Shown: one piece after another, positions 46,755-56,407 of the stretch
How positions within the stretch are numbered: the first letter of the stretch is position 1
Layout of the letters: each line of letters opens with the position of its first letter
Origin: a bacterium
GTDB lineage: Bacteria > UBA8248 > JACPRG01 > G963555815
Assembly (NCBI GenBank): GCA_965261595.1
Contig: CBDHDG010000007.1
Location: forward strand, 416,001-480,000
Direction of reading: 5' to 3'
DNA length: 64,000 nucleotides
Position numbers and translations under genes: made by a program
Notes under the pieces: model-generated
Database searches by the model: none
The model's input: the letters and a program-made list of their open reading frames with translations, nothing else
What the model was told of the DNA's origin: nothing

Positions 46755-47977
46755 AGGCGGTCCTGCGTCTTTTGCGGGGCGAGAGCCTGGAGACGCTCTG
46801 CCGCGAGTTGGGCACGACAGCGGCTCGGCTTTCCGCCTGGCGCGAGGCGTTCCTTCGCGGGGGCGAGGCGGCGCTCAAAGCCCGCCCGGCGGATGAGCGG
46901 GCCGAGGAGAACGCCCGGCTCAAGGCCAAGGTGGGCGAACTCACGATGGAGGGCGAGGTCCTGCGGGAGAAGATCGACCGCCTGGAGGCCGGCCGCCCTT
47001 TAGCCGGCAGGAGGTGGAGGCGATGAGTCAGGCCCGCTTCACCTCCACGGGCAGAGCCTACGGCCTGAAGCGGGTGTGCGCCCTTTGGGGCTTGGCGCGC
47101 TCCACGGTCTACGCGCAACGGCGGCGAGAGGCGGTCCCCGTTCATGAACGCCCCACGCCCAATAAGCGCGGCCCTGTGGGCCCGTGCACCGATGCGGAAC
47201 TCCTCGGCCACATCCGGCAGGTCCTGGAGGACTCTCCCTTCCATGGCGAGGGCTACCGCAAGGTGTGGGCGAGGCTGCGCTTCGCGGGCATCCGCACCAG
47301 CAAGGAGCGGGTGCGTCGCCTGATGCGGGAGGCGGGGCTTCAGGCCCCCCACCGGGTGGGCAAACCCCGAGGTCCCAAGGCCCACAACGGGACCATCCGC
47401 ACCGAGCGGCCCGACCGAATGTGGGGCACGGACATGACGACGACGGTGACCACCGAGGAGGGGGTGGCCTCGGTGTTCGTGGCGGTGGATCACTGCTCGG
47501 TGGACTGCGTGGGGATCCATGCGGCCAAGAGCGGCAACCGCTTCGAGGCCCTGGAGCCGATCCGGCAGGGGGTCGCCGAGCGCTTCGCCGGCTTGGAGGC
47601 GGACGTCGCCGAGGGGCTTAAAGTTCGTCACGACCACGGCCCCGCCTATCTGTCCGATGACTTTCAGCGGGAGATCGCCTACCTGGGCATGACCAGTTCG
47701 CCCAGCTTCGTGCGGGCGCCCGAGGGAAATGGCTACTGTGAGTGGTTTATCCGCATCTTGAAGGAGAATCTCCTGTGGGTGCGCTCTTTCGCCACCGTAG
47801 AGGAACTGCGGTGGGCGCTGCTTGAGTTCAAAAACCTGTACAACCATCATTGGATTCTCGAGGGCTACGGCTACCGAACGCCGGCCCAGGCAAGGCAGGA
47901 AAAACTCGCTCAAGTTGCGGAGGCCGCATGAGGTCGAATACCCTCACCCGAGTGTCCAATAACCCAGGGGCGGTCCA
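46755..47977 (+). mobile_element. IS-A copy 5, 5'-truncated within orfA, directly abutting copy 4
   Basis: Starts at AGGCGGTCCTGCG (internal orfA); intact orfB 47023..47931. Confidence 0.94.
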
Positions 47978-48030
47978 GGACGACAGCCATCAACTGTCAA
48001 TTGTAACGGGGTAACTCCAGGAGAATAGCG

Positions 48031-49383
48031 ATGCTGCTTGTGGCAAGAGCAGTTGGGCGCGTTTCATGTGTTACGGCACTTACAGTGCTCCTCGCGTTCG
48101 GAGTCCTGCCTGCCGAAGCCGACGAATCGAGCGTTTGGCCCGCCTTTGATCGCCCCGGTGTTTCGTTGCTGCCCGGAGTGCAGAGGTGTGGACCTGCCCT
48201 CAACGACGGCTTGTCGGAGGCCTCACAATGCCTGACGAGCTGGGCGGTGACTCAGCTCTTGCTCGACGCAGCCATCCGCTTCGCGACCGAGCAGGGCCGA
48301 GCGGTGTTTGGCGAGCATTTCCGTATCGTCAATAAGCTGAGCTACTCGCCAGATGGGAGCGGGCTGGGCGGAGGGCTTGACGTCGTCTTTCCATTTGCGT
48401 CGTCGACATTTCTCGGCGCCGCGCCGTCTGAGTTAAGCGCCTTCTTCCTGCAACAGGGTGTGACGCGCTGGGTCGACGACCGCGGGACTAACCGAAACGA
48501 CCTTCGTTTCGCCGCCGTTCGCCGTTTCGGCCTGTCCGAAGAAGGCGCGGCGCCCGGCATTCTTGGTCTATCCACCTTTGTCCAGCAGAGCCTTGAGTTC
48601 AAACACACGCGACTCGTAGCTGGCGCCGACTATGCCGGTAAGTGGGGACGGGGGTCGCTCAACCTGTTTGTACCCACAACGGGCTGGCGACCTGCTCATA
48701 TCGGGTACGAAGAGCGCGCACTTGCCGGAATCGAGCTTGGTTTCAAGCTGAACCTCACCACCACCTTGTCCATGAGCACGGCGATTGGCCAATGGGAAGA
48801 CGATGACGGTCTCGGCGGCTGGTCAACGAACGGTCGAGTGGCTGTGGGTTGGCGTCCGCATCCCTGGTTCAACATCAACGTTGCGTGGAACGGGCTCGGC
48901 ACACACAGCAATACAGAGCAGTTTCTTCTGGCATTCTCACTGCCCTTGAGGAAACGCGCAAAACCGCCGCAGTGGGCGGGTCTGGGCCTTGTGGGTGACG
49001 GTCCGAAGCCGTCCGCTGTCGACCCTTGGAGTCCGGTCGACAATATCGACGTTATCCATGTGGCGCGGCGTGAGAGCGCGAGCGATCCTCTCGTCTCCGC
49101 GGCGACGGTCCGGTTTCTTCAGGAAAGGGCGAGTAGTGGTGACGAGATCGGCATCGAAGTCCTCCTCCCTTCCGTAACATCTCGCGATCTGGATTTGGTT
49201 GTGACTCTCGCGCCCGGCACGGGCGACAACCCTGCCGTGCCGGGAGTGGACTTTGTGGACGAACCCGTCCCGGTCACGATTCGCGCGGGAACGTCCAGCG
49301 CCGTTGTCACCATTCAACTCCCGCTGAATTCCGAACTGAACGAATCCCGGTCTCTGAGTGTCACAGTAAGCTCGGCGTCCTGA
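48031..49383 (+). CDS. Inverse autotransporter (intimin/invasin-like) beta-barrel with one C-terminal Calx-beta-like domain
   Basis: Signal peptide; NDLRF..VRRF, GLSTF, HTRLVAGADY, SLNLFVPTTGW, EERALAG pattern; PGVDF..VTIRAGTSSAVVTI. Confidence 0.75.
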   Translation: MLLVARAVGRVSCVTALTVLLAFGVLPAEADESSVWPAFDRPGVSLLPGVQRCGPALNDGLSEASQCLTSWAVTQLLLDAAIRFATEQGRAVFGEHFRIVNKLSYSPDGSGLGGGLDVVFPFASSTFLGAAPSELSAFFLQQGVTRWVDDRGTNRNDLRFAAVRRFGLSEEGAAPGILGLSTFVQQSLEFKHTRLVAGADYAGKWGRGSLNLFVPTTGWRPAHIGYEERALAGIELGFKLNLTTTLSMSTAIGQWEDDDGLGGWSTNGRVAVGWRPHPWFNINVAWNGLGTHSNTEQFLLAFSLPLRKRAKPPQWAGLGLVGDGPKPSAVDPWSPVDNIDVIHVARRESASDPLVSAATVRFLQERASSGDEIGIEVLLPSVTSRDLDLVVTLAPGTGDNPAVPGVDFVDEPVPVTIRAGTSSAVVTIQLPLNSELNESRSLSVTVSSAS

Positions 49384-49460
49384 CCAAATGGCGCCCTCTG
49401 ACATCGCGAGGCGATGGAGCCCATCGAAATGATTCGTATTTATATACTTGACACAGACGA

Positions 49461-49511
49461 CCACAACATGTAGGTCGCGCCCGCGTCTCGGCTGACCACA
49501 AGATGTAGGGG
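49461..49511. promoter_or_regulatory. Tandem NrdR-box-like motifs behind TTGACA in left TIR (mirrored at 50266..50316)
   Basis: CCACAACATGTAGG and CCACAAGATGTAGG, 35 bp apart; TTGACA at 49448. Confidence 0.45.
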
Positions 49512-49564
49512 CATGCTTCCATCGATCCGTTTCCAGAAGATGCGCTCTATCAGATCGTTCGGTT

Positions 49565-50180
49565 TCATTGATCGATAAAATCCACGCGCTGAATATCGCC
49601 CTTTTCATTGAAGTGTAAAAACAACTTTTTGTTTATATGCAATGTGTTGTTGGTTTTTCCTTTTCTTCCGTACTTAAACTCAAATTCAAGACCGCCCTCA
49701 AAAACGCCGCTTCTCTTCTGCTCTATAGGATATGTAGTGATCGTCAAACCACCCCATCCCTCCTGCAGGGATGGTATAGCTATTCTTGGCATATGGCTCT
49801 TTTGTCGGGTACAACTTATCAAATGTTGAGACGACATTTACAACCTCAAATGTCACCGGGAAAAGAGCTTTGTTGTTAAACGTAGCACCAATCCGCAGTG
49901 ATTTTACTACACCAGCTTTGTCGATTATTCTGTCAGTTCTCACACTATGAAAGTTAAGCATATCCGCAACTCTATTACGATACCGCCATTCGCTGAATCG
50001 CAACAATCCCATAGAGGAAACTGAAAACAGAATGACCGCTCCAACATATAGGTTGAACAACTGGATATGTTGCGCAAAACCGATCATGACGCCAGCCGCC
50101 GTGACCGCAATGGGCCATATCCAGCTCCGCAGTAATTCACCCGCCAAAAAGAGGGCGACTTTGCGAAGCCAATTGAGCAT
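49565..50180 (-). pseudogene. Low-GC 2-TM membrane protein with beta-rich soluble domain, frameshifted near 49730
   Basis: ORFs 49698..50180 and 49565..49837 overlap in different frames; much lower GC than flanks. Confidence 0.65.
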
Positions 50181-50344
50181 GATTCAGTCATTGTATGATC
50201 CCTCTTCGGTTGAGTCAAGCGCATAATTGCGAATCCAACTCCACCATGACTTGAGTTGAAGCATGCCCCTACATCTTGTGGTCAGCCGAGACGCGGGGAC
50301 GATCTACATGTTGTGGTCGTCTGCGTCAAGTACATAATTCCGAA

Positions 50345-53300
50345 ATGATTACTCGTTCACACAGCTTGAAGGCGATCGCGTCCATAGCGCTTGTCGTGAT
50401 GACATGCATTGGACTTGCGGGTTGCGGTGGCGGTGGCGGCGGTGGCGGTGGCGGTGGCGGTTCCAGACCGGCCACCGGAGGCAGCGGGGACCAGATGACG
50501 ATCGAGCCGCGGCCGTCACAGGACCGTCCGGACTTGGCGGTGGGTTCGCCATCGGTGAGCGACAGCAACCCGGCCGCCGGGGCGACGTTCACCCTGTCGG
50601 CGACTGTGCGGAACGGCGGCGCCGGAGCCTCGCCGGCCACGACGCTGCGCTACTACCGGTCGACGGACGCAACCATCACGACATCGGACACATCGGTGGG
50701 GACGGAAGCGGTAGCGGGGCTGGCCGCGTCGGGGAGCGGCAGCAAGTCGGTGGATCTGACGGCTCCGGCGAGCCCTGGGACGTACTACTACGGGGCGTGC
50801 GTGGATGCTGTGGCAGGAGAGTCGAACACGACCAACAACTGCTCGTCCTCGGTGCAGGTCACGGTGAATGACAAGCCCGACCATTCCGATATGCCGGCGG
50901 GCGCCACCGCCATTGCGCTGAGCGAGAGTTTCCAGGGGCGGATCGATTCTCCGAACGATGTGGATTACTTCCGCCTGCGGGTCGATTCGCCGGGCACGCT
51001 CACGATCCGGACAACCGGAAACGCGGATCCGGACATCGCGGTCTTCGATGGCGCGGGAATCGAGGTGCCCGGAGTTTCCGGAAGCTGGATCGGCAGTATC
51101 ACGCAGGAAATCCTCGACAGGGGGAGCGACCTGCGCGTCAGGTTCTCCGGAGGCAATGCGGGGGGGGAATACACGGGAAGCGCCACGCTCGACCAACTGT
51201 CGCAAACCTCACCGGACCTGTCGGTGGGGTCGCCGTCGGTGAGCGACAGCAGCCCGGCCGCCGGGGCGAGTTTCACCCTGTCGGCGACGGTGAGCAACAC
51301 GGGCGACGGCGAGTCGGTGGCCACGACGCTGCGCTACTACCGGTCCACGGACGCGACGATCACGCCGTCGGACACGGAGGTGGACACGGAAGCGGTGGCG
51401 GAGCTGGCCGCTTCGGGGAGCAGCAGCGGGTCGGTGGACCTGACCGCGCCGGCGAGCCCGGGGACATACTACTACGGCGCGTGTGTGGACGCGGTGACGG
51501 GCGAGTCCGACACGACCAACAACTGCTCGGCATCGGTGCAGGTTGTGGTGGAGACACAGCAACAATTGCAGGGCCAGCCGGACTTGGTAGTGGCATTGTC
51601 ATCGGTGAGCGACAGCAGCCCGGCCGCCGGGGCGAGTTTCACGCTGTCGGCGACGGTGCGGAACGACGGGGACGGAACCTCGGCGGCGACGACGTTGCGC
51701 TACTACCGGTCGACGGACGCGACGATCACGACGTCCGATACATCGGTGGGCACGGGCGCGGTGGCGGGGCTTGCGGCTTCGGGGAGCGGCAGCGAGTCGG
51801 TGGACCTGACCGCGCCGTCGAACCCCGGCACGTACTACTACGGCGCGTGCGTGGACACGGTGGCGGGAGAGTCCGACACGACGAACAACTGCTCGAGTTC
51901 CGTAACTGTCGTAGTGGCTGGGCCGGACCTGGTAGTGGCATCGCCATCGGTAAGCGACAGCAGCCTGGCCGCCGGGGCGGGTTTCACCCTGTCGGCGACG
52001 GTGCGGAACGACGGGGACGGGGACGCGCCGGCCACGACGCTGCGCTACTACCGGTCCACGGACGCGACGATCACGACGTCCGACACGTCGGTGGGCACAG
52101 ACGCGGTGGCGGAACTATCCGCGTCGGCGACCAGCGACGAGTCGGTGGGCCTGACGGCGCCTTCGAGCCCTGGAACGTACTACTACGGCGCGTGCGTGGC
52201 CGCGGTGGCGGGAGAGTCCGACACGTCGAACAACTGCTCGAGTTCCGTAGCTGTCAATGTATTGGATCCACAATTGCCGGTGGTGAATGAGCCGGATCTA
52301 GTGGTGGCGTCGCCTTCGGTGAGCGACAACGGCCCGGCCGCCGGGGCGAGTGTCACGCTGTCGGCGACGGTGCGGAACGACGGGGACGGGGACTCGCCGG
52401 CCACGACGCTGCGCTACTACCGGTCCACGGACGCGACCATCACGACGTCCGACACGGCGGAGGGCACGGATGCGGTGGGCGCGTTGTCGGTGTCGGGAAC
52501 CAGCGCGGAGTCAATCTCGGTGACGGCGCCTTCGAGCCCCGGCACGTACTACTACGGCGCGTGCGTGGTCACGGTGACGGACGAGTCCGACACCACCAAC
52601 AACTGCTCGTCCTCGGTGCAGGTCACGGTGCCGCAGCCGGTTTATCCCGACCTTGAGGTGGGGTCGCCATCGGTGAGCGACAGCAACCCGGGGCCGGGAG
52701 GGTCGTTCACCCTGTCGGCGACGGTGAGCAACCCGGGCGACGGTGAGTCGCCGGCGACGACACTGCGCTACTACCGGTCCACGGACGCGACCATCACGAC
52801 GTCCGACACGGCGGAGGGCACGGATGCGGTGGGCGCGTTGTCGGTGTTGGGAACCAGCGCGGAGTCAATCTCGGTGACGGCGCCTTCGAGCCCCGGCACG
52901 TACTACTACGGCGCGTGCGTGGACACGGTGACGGACGAGTCCGACACCACCAACAACTGCTCGTCCTCCGTGCAGGTCACGGTGCCGCAGCCGGTTTATC
53001 CCGACCTTGAGGTGGGGTCACCCTCGGTGAGCGACAGCAACCCGGGGCCGGGAGGGTCGTTCACCCTGTCGGCGACGGTGAGCAACCCGGGCGACGGTGA
53101 GTCGCCGGCGACGACGCTGCGCTACTACCGGTCCACGGACGCAACCATCACGACGTCCGACACATCGGTGGGGACGGACGCAGTGGGTTCGCTCTCGGCG
53201 TCGGGGAGCAGCGCGGAGTCGATCTCGCTGACGGCGCCGTCGAGCGCCGATACGTACTACTACGGGGCGTGCGTGGACACAGTGACGGACGAGTCGGATA

Positions 53301-54961
53301 CGACGAACAACTGCTCGTCGTCGGTGCAGGTGACGGTGCCGCAGCCGCCTGACCTGAGGATCCAGACGATCGCAGCTCCGAGCAGCATTACTGTGGGAGA
53401 ATCCTTCAACTTGTCGGTTACGGTACTGAACGATGGCGACGGTGAGTCGCCGGCGACGACGCTGCGCTACTACCGGTCCACGGACGCGACGATCACGTCC
53501 TCCGACACGGCGGTAGGGACGGACGCAGTGGGGGCGCTTTCGGCTTCGGGGACGAGCGCGCAGTCGATCTCGCTGACAGCGCCGTCGAGCGCCGATACGT
53601 ACTACTACGGGGCGTGCGTGGACACAGTGACGGACGAGTCCGACACGACGAACAACTGTTCTTCCTCCGCACAGGTCATCGTGGAGGAGAGACAGCAGCA
53701 ACAGCAGGGCAATCCTGACCTTGAGGTCGGGGCGCCATCGGTGAGCGACAGCAGCCCGCCGGCCGGGATGAATTTCACCCTGTCGGCGACGGTGAGCAAC
53801 ACGGGCGATGGGGAGTCGCCGGCGACGACGTTGCGCTACTACGAGTCGACGGACGCGACGATCACAACGTCTGACAGGGAAGTGGGGACGGACGCGATAG
53901 CGGAACTGGCCGCCTCGGGGACTAGCGAGCAGTCGGCCTCGCCCGAGGCGCGGTTGAGCGCCGGCACGTACTATTACGGGGCGTGCGTGGACACGGTGAC
54001 GGATGAGTCCGACACGACGAACAACTGCTCGGCATCGGTGCAGGTGACGGTAGCGGCTGCAGCGAGGGTGGAAGTGACGCCGAACCCGGTTAGCTTGGAC
54101 GCAGTGGGGGCGACCGCGACCCTGACGGGAACGCTCTTCGACACCAACGGCGAAGAAATGCAGCCCCAGTCCTGGGGCTGGTCCTCGGAGGACGAGACCG
54201 TGGCGACGGTGAGTGGTTCGTTCTTCACAACGGGCTCGGCTACCGTTACGGCGATCGGGCCCGGAACAACGACGGTGACATACGGCGCAAACGGCGTGGA
54301 AGGTACGGTCACGGTAACGGTGGCGGTGACCGGGGCGCGGGTGGAGATATCGCCGCGCAAGCTGACGTTCGAGGCGTTGGGGGACACCAAGTCGGTGACC
54401 GTCCGGGTCCTGGACGAGAACGGCGATGAGGACGAGGATGCGTCATTCGGCTATATCGGCGTCTTCAGTCCGTGCTGCCGGCCTAATCTTGCCGACCCGC
54501 CGAAATACATCGACATCGAGAGAACGGACGAAGGCCTGGAGATCACGGCAGAAGGACCGGGAAGCGGCTCGTACACGATAAGTTCGCCGGGCGTGGCATC
54601 AGCCATTCTGCTCGTGACCGTGTACATGAAACCGGCGTCCCTGGAGGTTTCGCCGAACTCGGTGAGCTTGGACGTCGACGAAACGACCACGCTGAGCGCG
54701 ACGATCAAGGACGCCAACGGCCACTCCATTCACGTGAACCAGGGCGACGGCCAGGGCGGTCTCGCGGTGTATTGGGAAACGAGCGACGACCAGGTGGCGA
54801 CTGTCGAGGGCAACACCGCCGGAGCGGACCGTAATACCGGAGGCACCGCCACGGTAACAGCGGTTGGAGCCGGAACGGCGACGATCACCGGCAGGTGGGG
54901 TGGTAGTAGTACGGTCACGGGCACCGCCACGGTGACGGTGACGGTGACGGACAGCAACTGA
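50345..54961 (+). CDS. Large surface lipoprotein: 9 CARDB-like repeats, one PPC-like domain, C-terminal Ig-like (Big_2-type) domains
   Basis: Lipobox LAGC + poly-Gly; repeats PDL.V.SPSVSDS...TLRYYRSTDATIT...GTYYYGACVD...ESDTTNNCS; DVDYFRL; WSSEDETVATV. Confidence 0.9.
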   Translation: MITRSHSLKAIASIALVVMTCIGLAGCGGGGGGGGGGGGSRPATGGSGDQMTIEPRPSQDRPDLAVGSPSVSDSNPAAGATFTLSATVRNGGAGASPATTLRYYRSTDATITTSDTSVGTEAVAGLAASGSGSKSVDLTAPASPGTYYYGACVDAVAGESNTTNNCSSSVQVTVNDKPDHSDMPAGATAIALSESFQGRIDSPNDVDYFRLRVDSPGTLTIRTTGNADPDIAVFDGAGIEVPGVSGSWIGSITQEILDRGSDLRVRFSGGNAGGEYTGSATLDQLSQTSPDLSVGSPSVSDSSPAAGASFTLSATVSNTGDGESVATTLRYYRSTDATITPSDTEVDTEAVAELAASGSSSGSVDLTAPASPGTYYYGACVDAVTGESDTTNNCSASVQVVVETQQQLQGQPDLVVALSSVSDSSPAAGASFTLSATVRNDGDGTSAATTLRYYRSTDATITTSDTSVGTGAVAGLAASGSGSESVDLTAPSNPGTYYYGACVDTVAGESDTTNNCSSSVTVVVAGPDLVVASPSVSDSSLAAGAGFTLSATVRNDGDGDAPATTLRYYRSTDATITTSDTSVGTDAVAELSASATSDESVGLTAPSSPGTYYYGACVAAVAGESDTSNNCSSSVAVNVLDPQLPVVNEPDLVVASPSVSDNGPAAGASVTLSATVRNDGDGDSPATTLRYYRSTDATITTSDTAEGTDAVGALSVSGTSAESISVTAPSSPGTYYYGACVVTVTDESDTTNNCSSSVQVTVPQPVYPDLEVGSPSVSDSNPGPGGSFTLSATVSNPGDGESPATTLRYYRSTDATITTSDTAEGTDAVGALSVLGTSAESISVTAPSSPGTYYYGACVDTVTDESDTTNNCSSSVQVTVPQPVYPDLEVGSPSVSDSNPGPGGSFTLSATVSNPGDGESPATTLRYYRSTDATITTSDTSVGTDAVGSLSASGSSAESISLTAPSSADTYYYGACVDTVTDESDTTNNCSSSVQVTVPQPPDLRIQTIAAPSSITVGESFNLSVTVLNDGDGESPATTLRYYRSTDATITSSDTAVGTDAVGALSASGTSAQSISLTAPSSADTYYYGACVDTVTDESDTTNNCSSSAQVIVEERQQQQQGNPDLEVGAPSVSDSSPPAGMNFTLSATVSNTGDGESPATTLRYYESTDATITTSDREVGTDAIAELAASGTSEQSASPEARLSAGTYYYGACVDTVTDESDTTNNCSASVQVTVAAAARVEVTPNPVSLDAVGATATLTGTLFDTNGEEMQPQSWGWSSEDETVATVSGSFFTTGSATVTAIGPGTTTVTYGANGVEGTVTVTVAVTGARVEISPRKLTFEALGDTKSVTVRVLDENGDEDEDASFGYIGVFSPCCRPNLADPPKYIDIERTDEGLEITAEGPGSGSYTISSPGVASAILLVTVYMKPASLEVSPNSVSLDVDETTTLSATIKDANGHSIHVNQGDGQGGLAVYWETSDDQVATVEGNTAGADRNTGGTATVTAVGAGTATITGRWGGSSTVTGTATVTVTVTDSN

Positions 54962-55014
54962 TTGAGTCGAGTGGACTCGGGCCGTTCCCGAGTGCTGACG
55001 GTATTGGCAGGTGC

Positions 55015-55097
55015 CAGGGCGGTGCGTGCGTGGACGCAGTGGCCGGGGAGTCCGACACGACGAACAACTGCTCGGGAACCCTATCCGTGCAAGTCAA
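55015..55097 (+). pseudogene. Orphan fragment of one more CARDB-like repeat
   Basis: GACVDAVAGESDTTNNCS after the lipoprotein stop. Confidence 0.75.
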
Positions 55098-55223
55098 TGC
55101 AAACTAGACTGAAGTTCCCCTTGCCGCGACAAAACAACTCATTGATACTCAGCCGGATTTTCAGCTTCCGGTGGGTTCCGGCACAGGGAACATTTCGATG
55201 AGTTCGGCTACGCGGCGTTGAGT

Positions 55224-55345
55224 TGACCCACCCCCACTAACGAGACCATCCCCTACGTTAGTCTCGGGACTATCTGAAGTTCACTCCGGGGGACCCGCGC
55301 CAGGGCTTGGGAACTTGCAACTCTTTGCCTCTGGCACCGAAAACC
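55224..55345 (-). mobile_element. IS407-group right-end remnant related to the 5292 end
   Basis: TGACCCACCCCCACTAACGAGACCATCCCCTACGTTAG resembles 5292..5330. Confidence 0.7.
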
Positions 55346-55349
55346 GGTA

Positions 55350-55445
55350 ACCCCAGGCATGGTCGAGATGGCGCAATTGTCGGTTGTCCCTGCCGGTTCC
55401 AGACTGCGCCGCCCTCAAGTTAGGAAGAAGACACGGCCATTCGCG
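55350..55445 (-). pseudogene. Decayed fragment of a second MOBF relaxase-helicase gene
   Basis: NGRVFF..LEGG...QLRHLDHAW vs DGRVTFRLEDGR...QLHHLDHAW at 15.7 kb; CCCAGGCATGGTCGAGATGG shared exactly. Confidence 0.6.
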
Positions 55446-55456
55446 AGCAGAGCGAG

Positions 55457-56092
55457 TGACCAGACCGATTTTTTGTACCACTTATTGGGAGAGAGTTTAC
55501 ATGCAGCCTGAGGCTGTGAAACCGGTTTGGGGGGAAGGAATGGAGTGCAGACCTCCGGCGCCGGGGGCCTATAATTCAGCGCCGAGTGCGGTCTCCGGGT
55601 GTTATATTCCTCCCGCCATGGCTCAATCACAATCTGGGCCTCCTTCAACGAATAGAAGATCTCACCATTCAGGCATTCGTCTCTCAGCTTCCCATGGAAA
55701 CGCTCACAATACCCATTGTCCCAGGGACTACCGGGTTCGATGTATAACGTTCCGGTTCCGACCTTCCCCAGCCACTGGCGCAAGTCCCGGGCCAGAAACT
55801 CTGGGCCGTTGTCGGATCGAATATGCTCCGGGACCCCTTGCCACACCATCACGTCCGACAACGCCTCGATCACCTCCGGGCTGCCTATCCTCCGCTCGAC
55901 TCGGATGGCCAGGCATTCCCTCGTATACTCGTCCAGCAGCGTCAGAAGCCGCAGCGTTCTTCCATCGTGCGTTCTGGCGCTGACAAAATCATAGCTCCAG
56001 ACGTGGTTCCGATGCTCCGGCCGCAGTCGCACACAGGAACCGCCGTTCAGCCAGAGCCGTCCTCGGGGCCTTTGTTTCTGCGGCACTTTCAA
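55457..56092 (-). mobile_element. IS407-group IS3 3' remnant, cut by an IS1380-type end at 56093
   Basis: WSYDF, SDNGPEF, PGSPWDNGYCERF, YNTRRPHSAL; CCGGGATTTCCCAAATG at 56093. Confidence 0.85.
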
Positions 56093-56407
56093 CCGGGATT
56101 TCCCAAATGACTCCAGTTTCGCAATCCCGCAATCCGCAAATGACATCAGAATCCCCAGTTTACCACTGATTCACCCTCCCTTTTTTGAACCCATCCGGAA
56201 CCATCCAATGAGGACGGGGCCAGGCCTCTCATTCAAATTCCCGCGAGGAAACCCCTGCAAAGCGTAGGCGAACCCGGCTGGATGCTGATGTTCAATAAAA
56301 GACCCAATCGAATCGCCTTATTTCGCGTTTGCTCTTCTTGGGTTTATCCGCGAAACGTGCCAAAGTGCCGGAATCATAGATCGTTCACGAATCACGGAGG
56401 GAGGTCC

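Larger units (their letters stand above)
44963..48019 (-). mobile_element. IS3-family element IS-B: both ends and integrase C-terminus retained, interior replaced by IS-A copies 4 and 5
   Basis: TGGAGTTACCCCGTTTCAGTGGACAG at 44963 vs CTGTCAATTGTAACGGGGTAACTCCA at 48019; AESFFATLECE...WYNPRRRHSALGYLSP. Confidence 0.85.
49435..50342. mobile_element. Non-autonomous mobile insertion cassette (IS1595-like ends) with passenger gene
   Basis: 85-bp TIRs 49435..49519 / 50258..50342; 8-bp TSD AAATGATT at 49427 and 50343; no transposase. Confidence 0.88.

Noticed and set aside
50424..50462. GGTGGC microsatellite as a phase-variation switch
   Set aside because: Triplet-multiple poly-Gly linker; slippage keeps the frame
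50520..54050. Regularly spaced repeats as a CRISPR array
   Set aside because: Period about 350 bp, in-frame protein repeats, no cas genes
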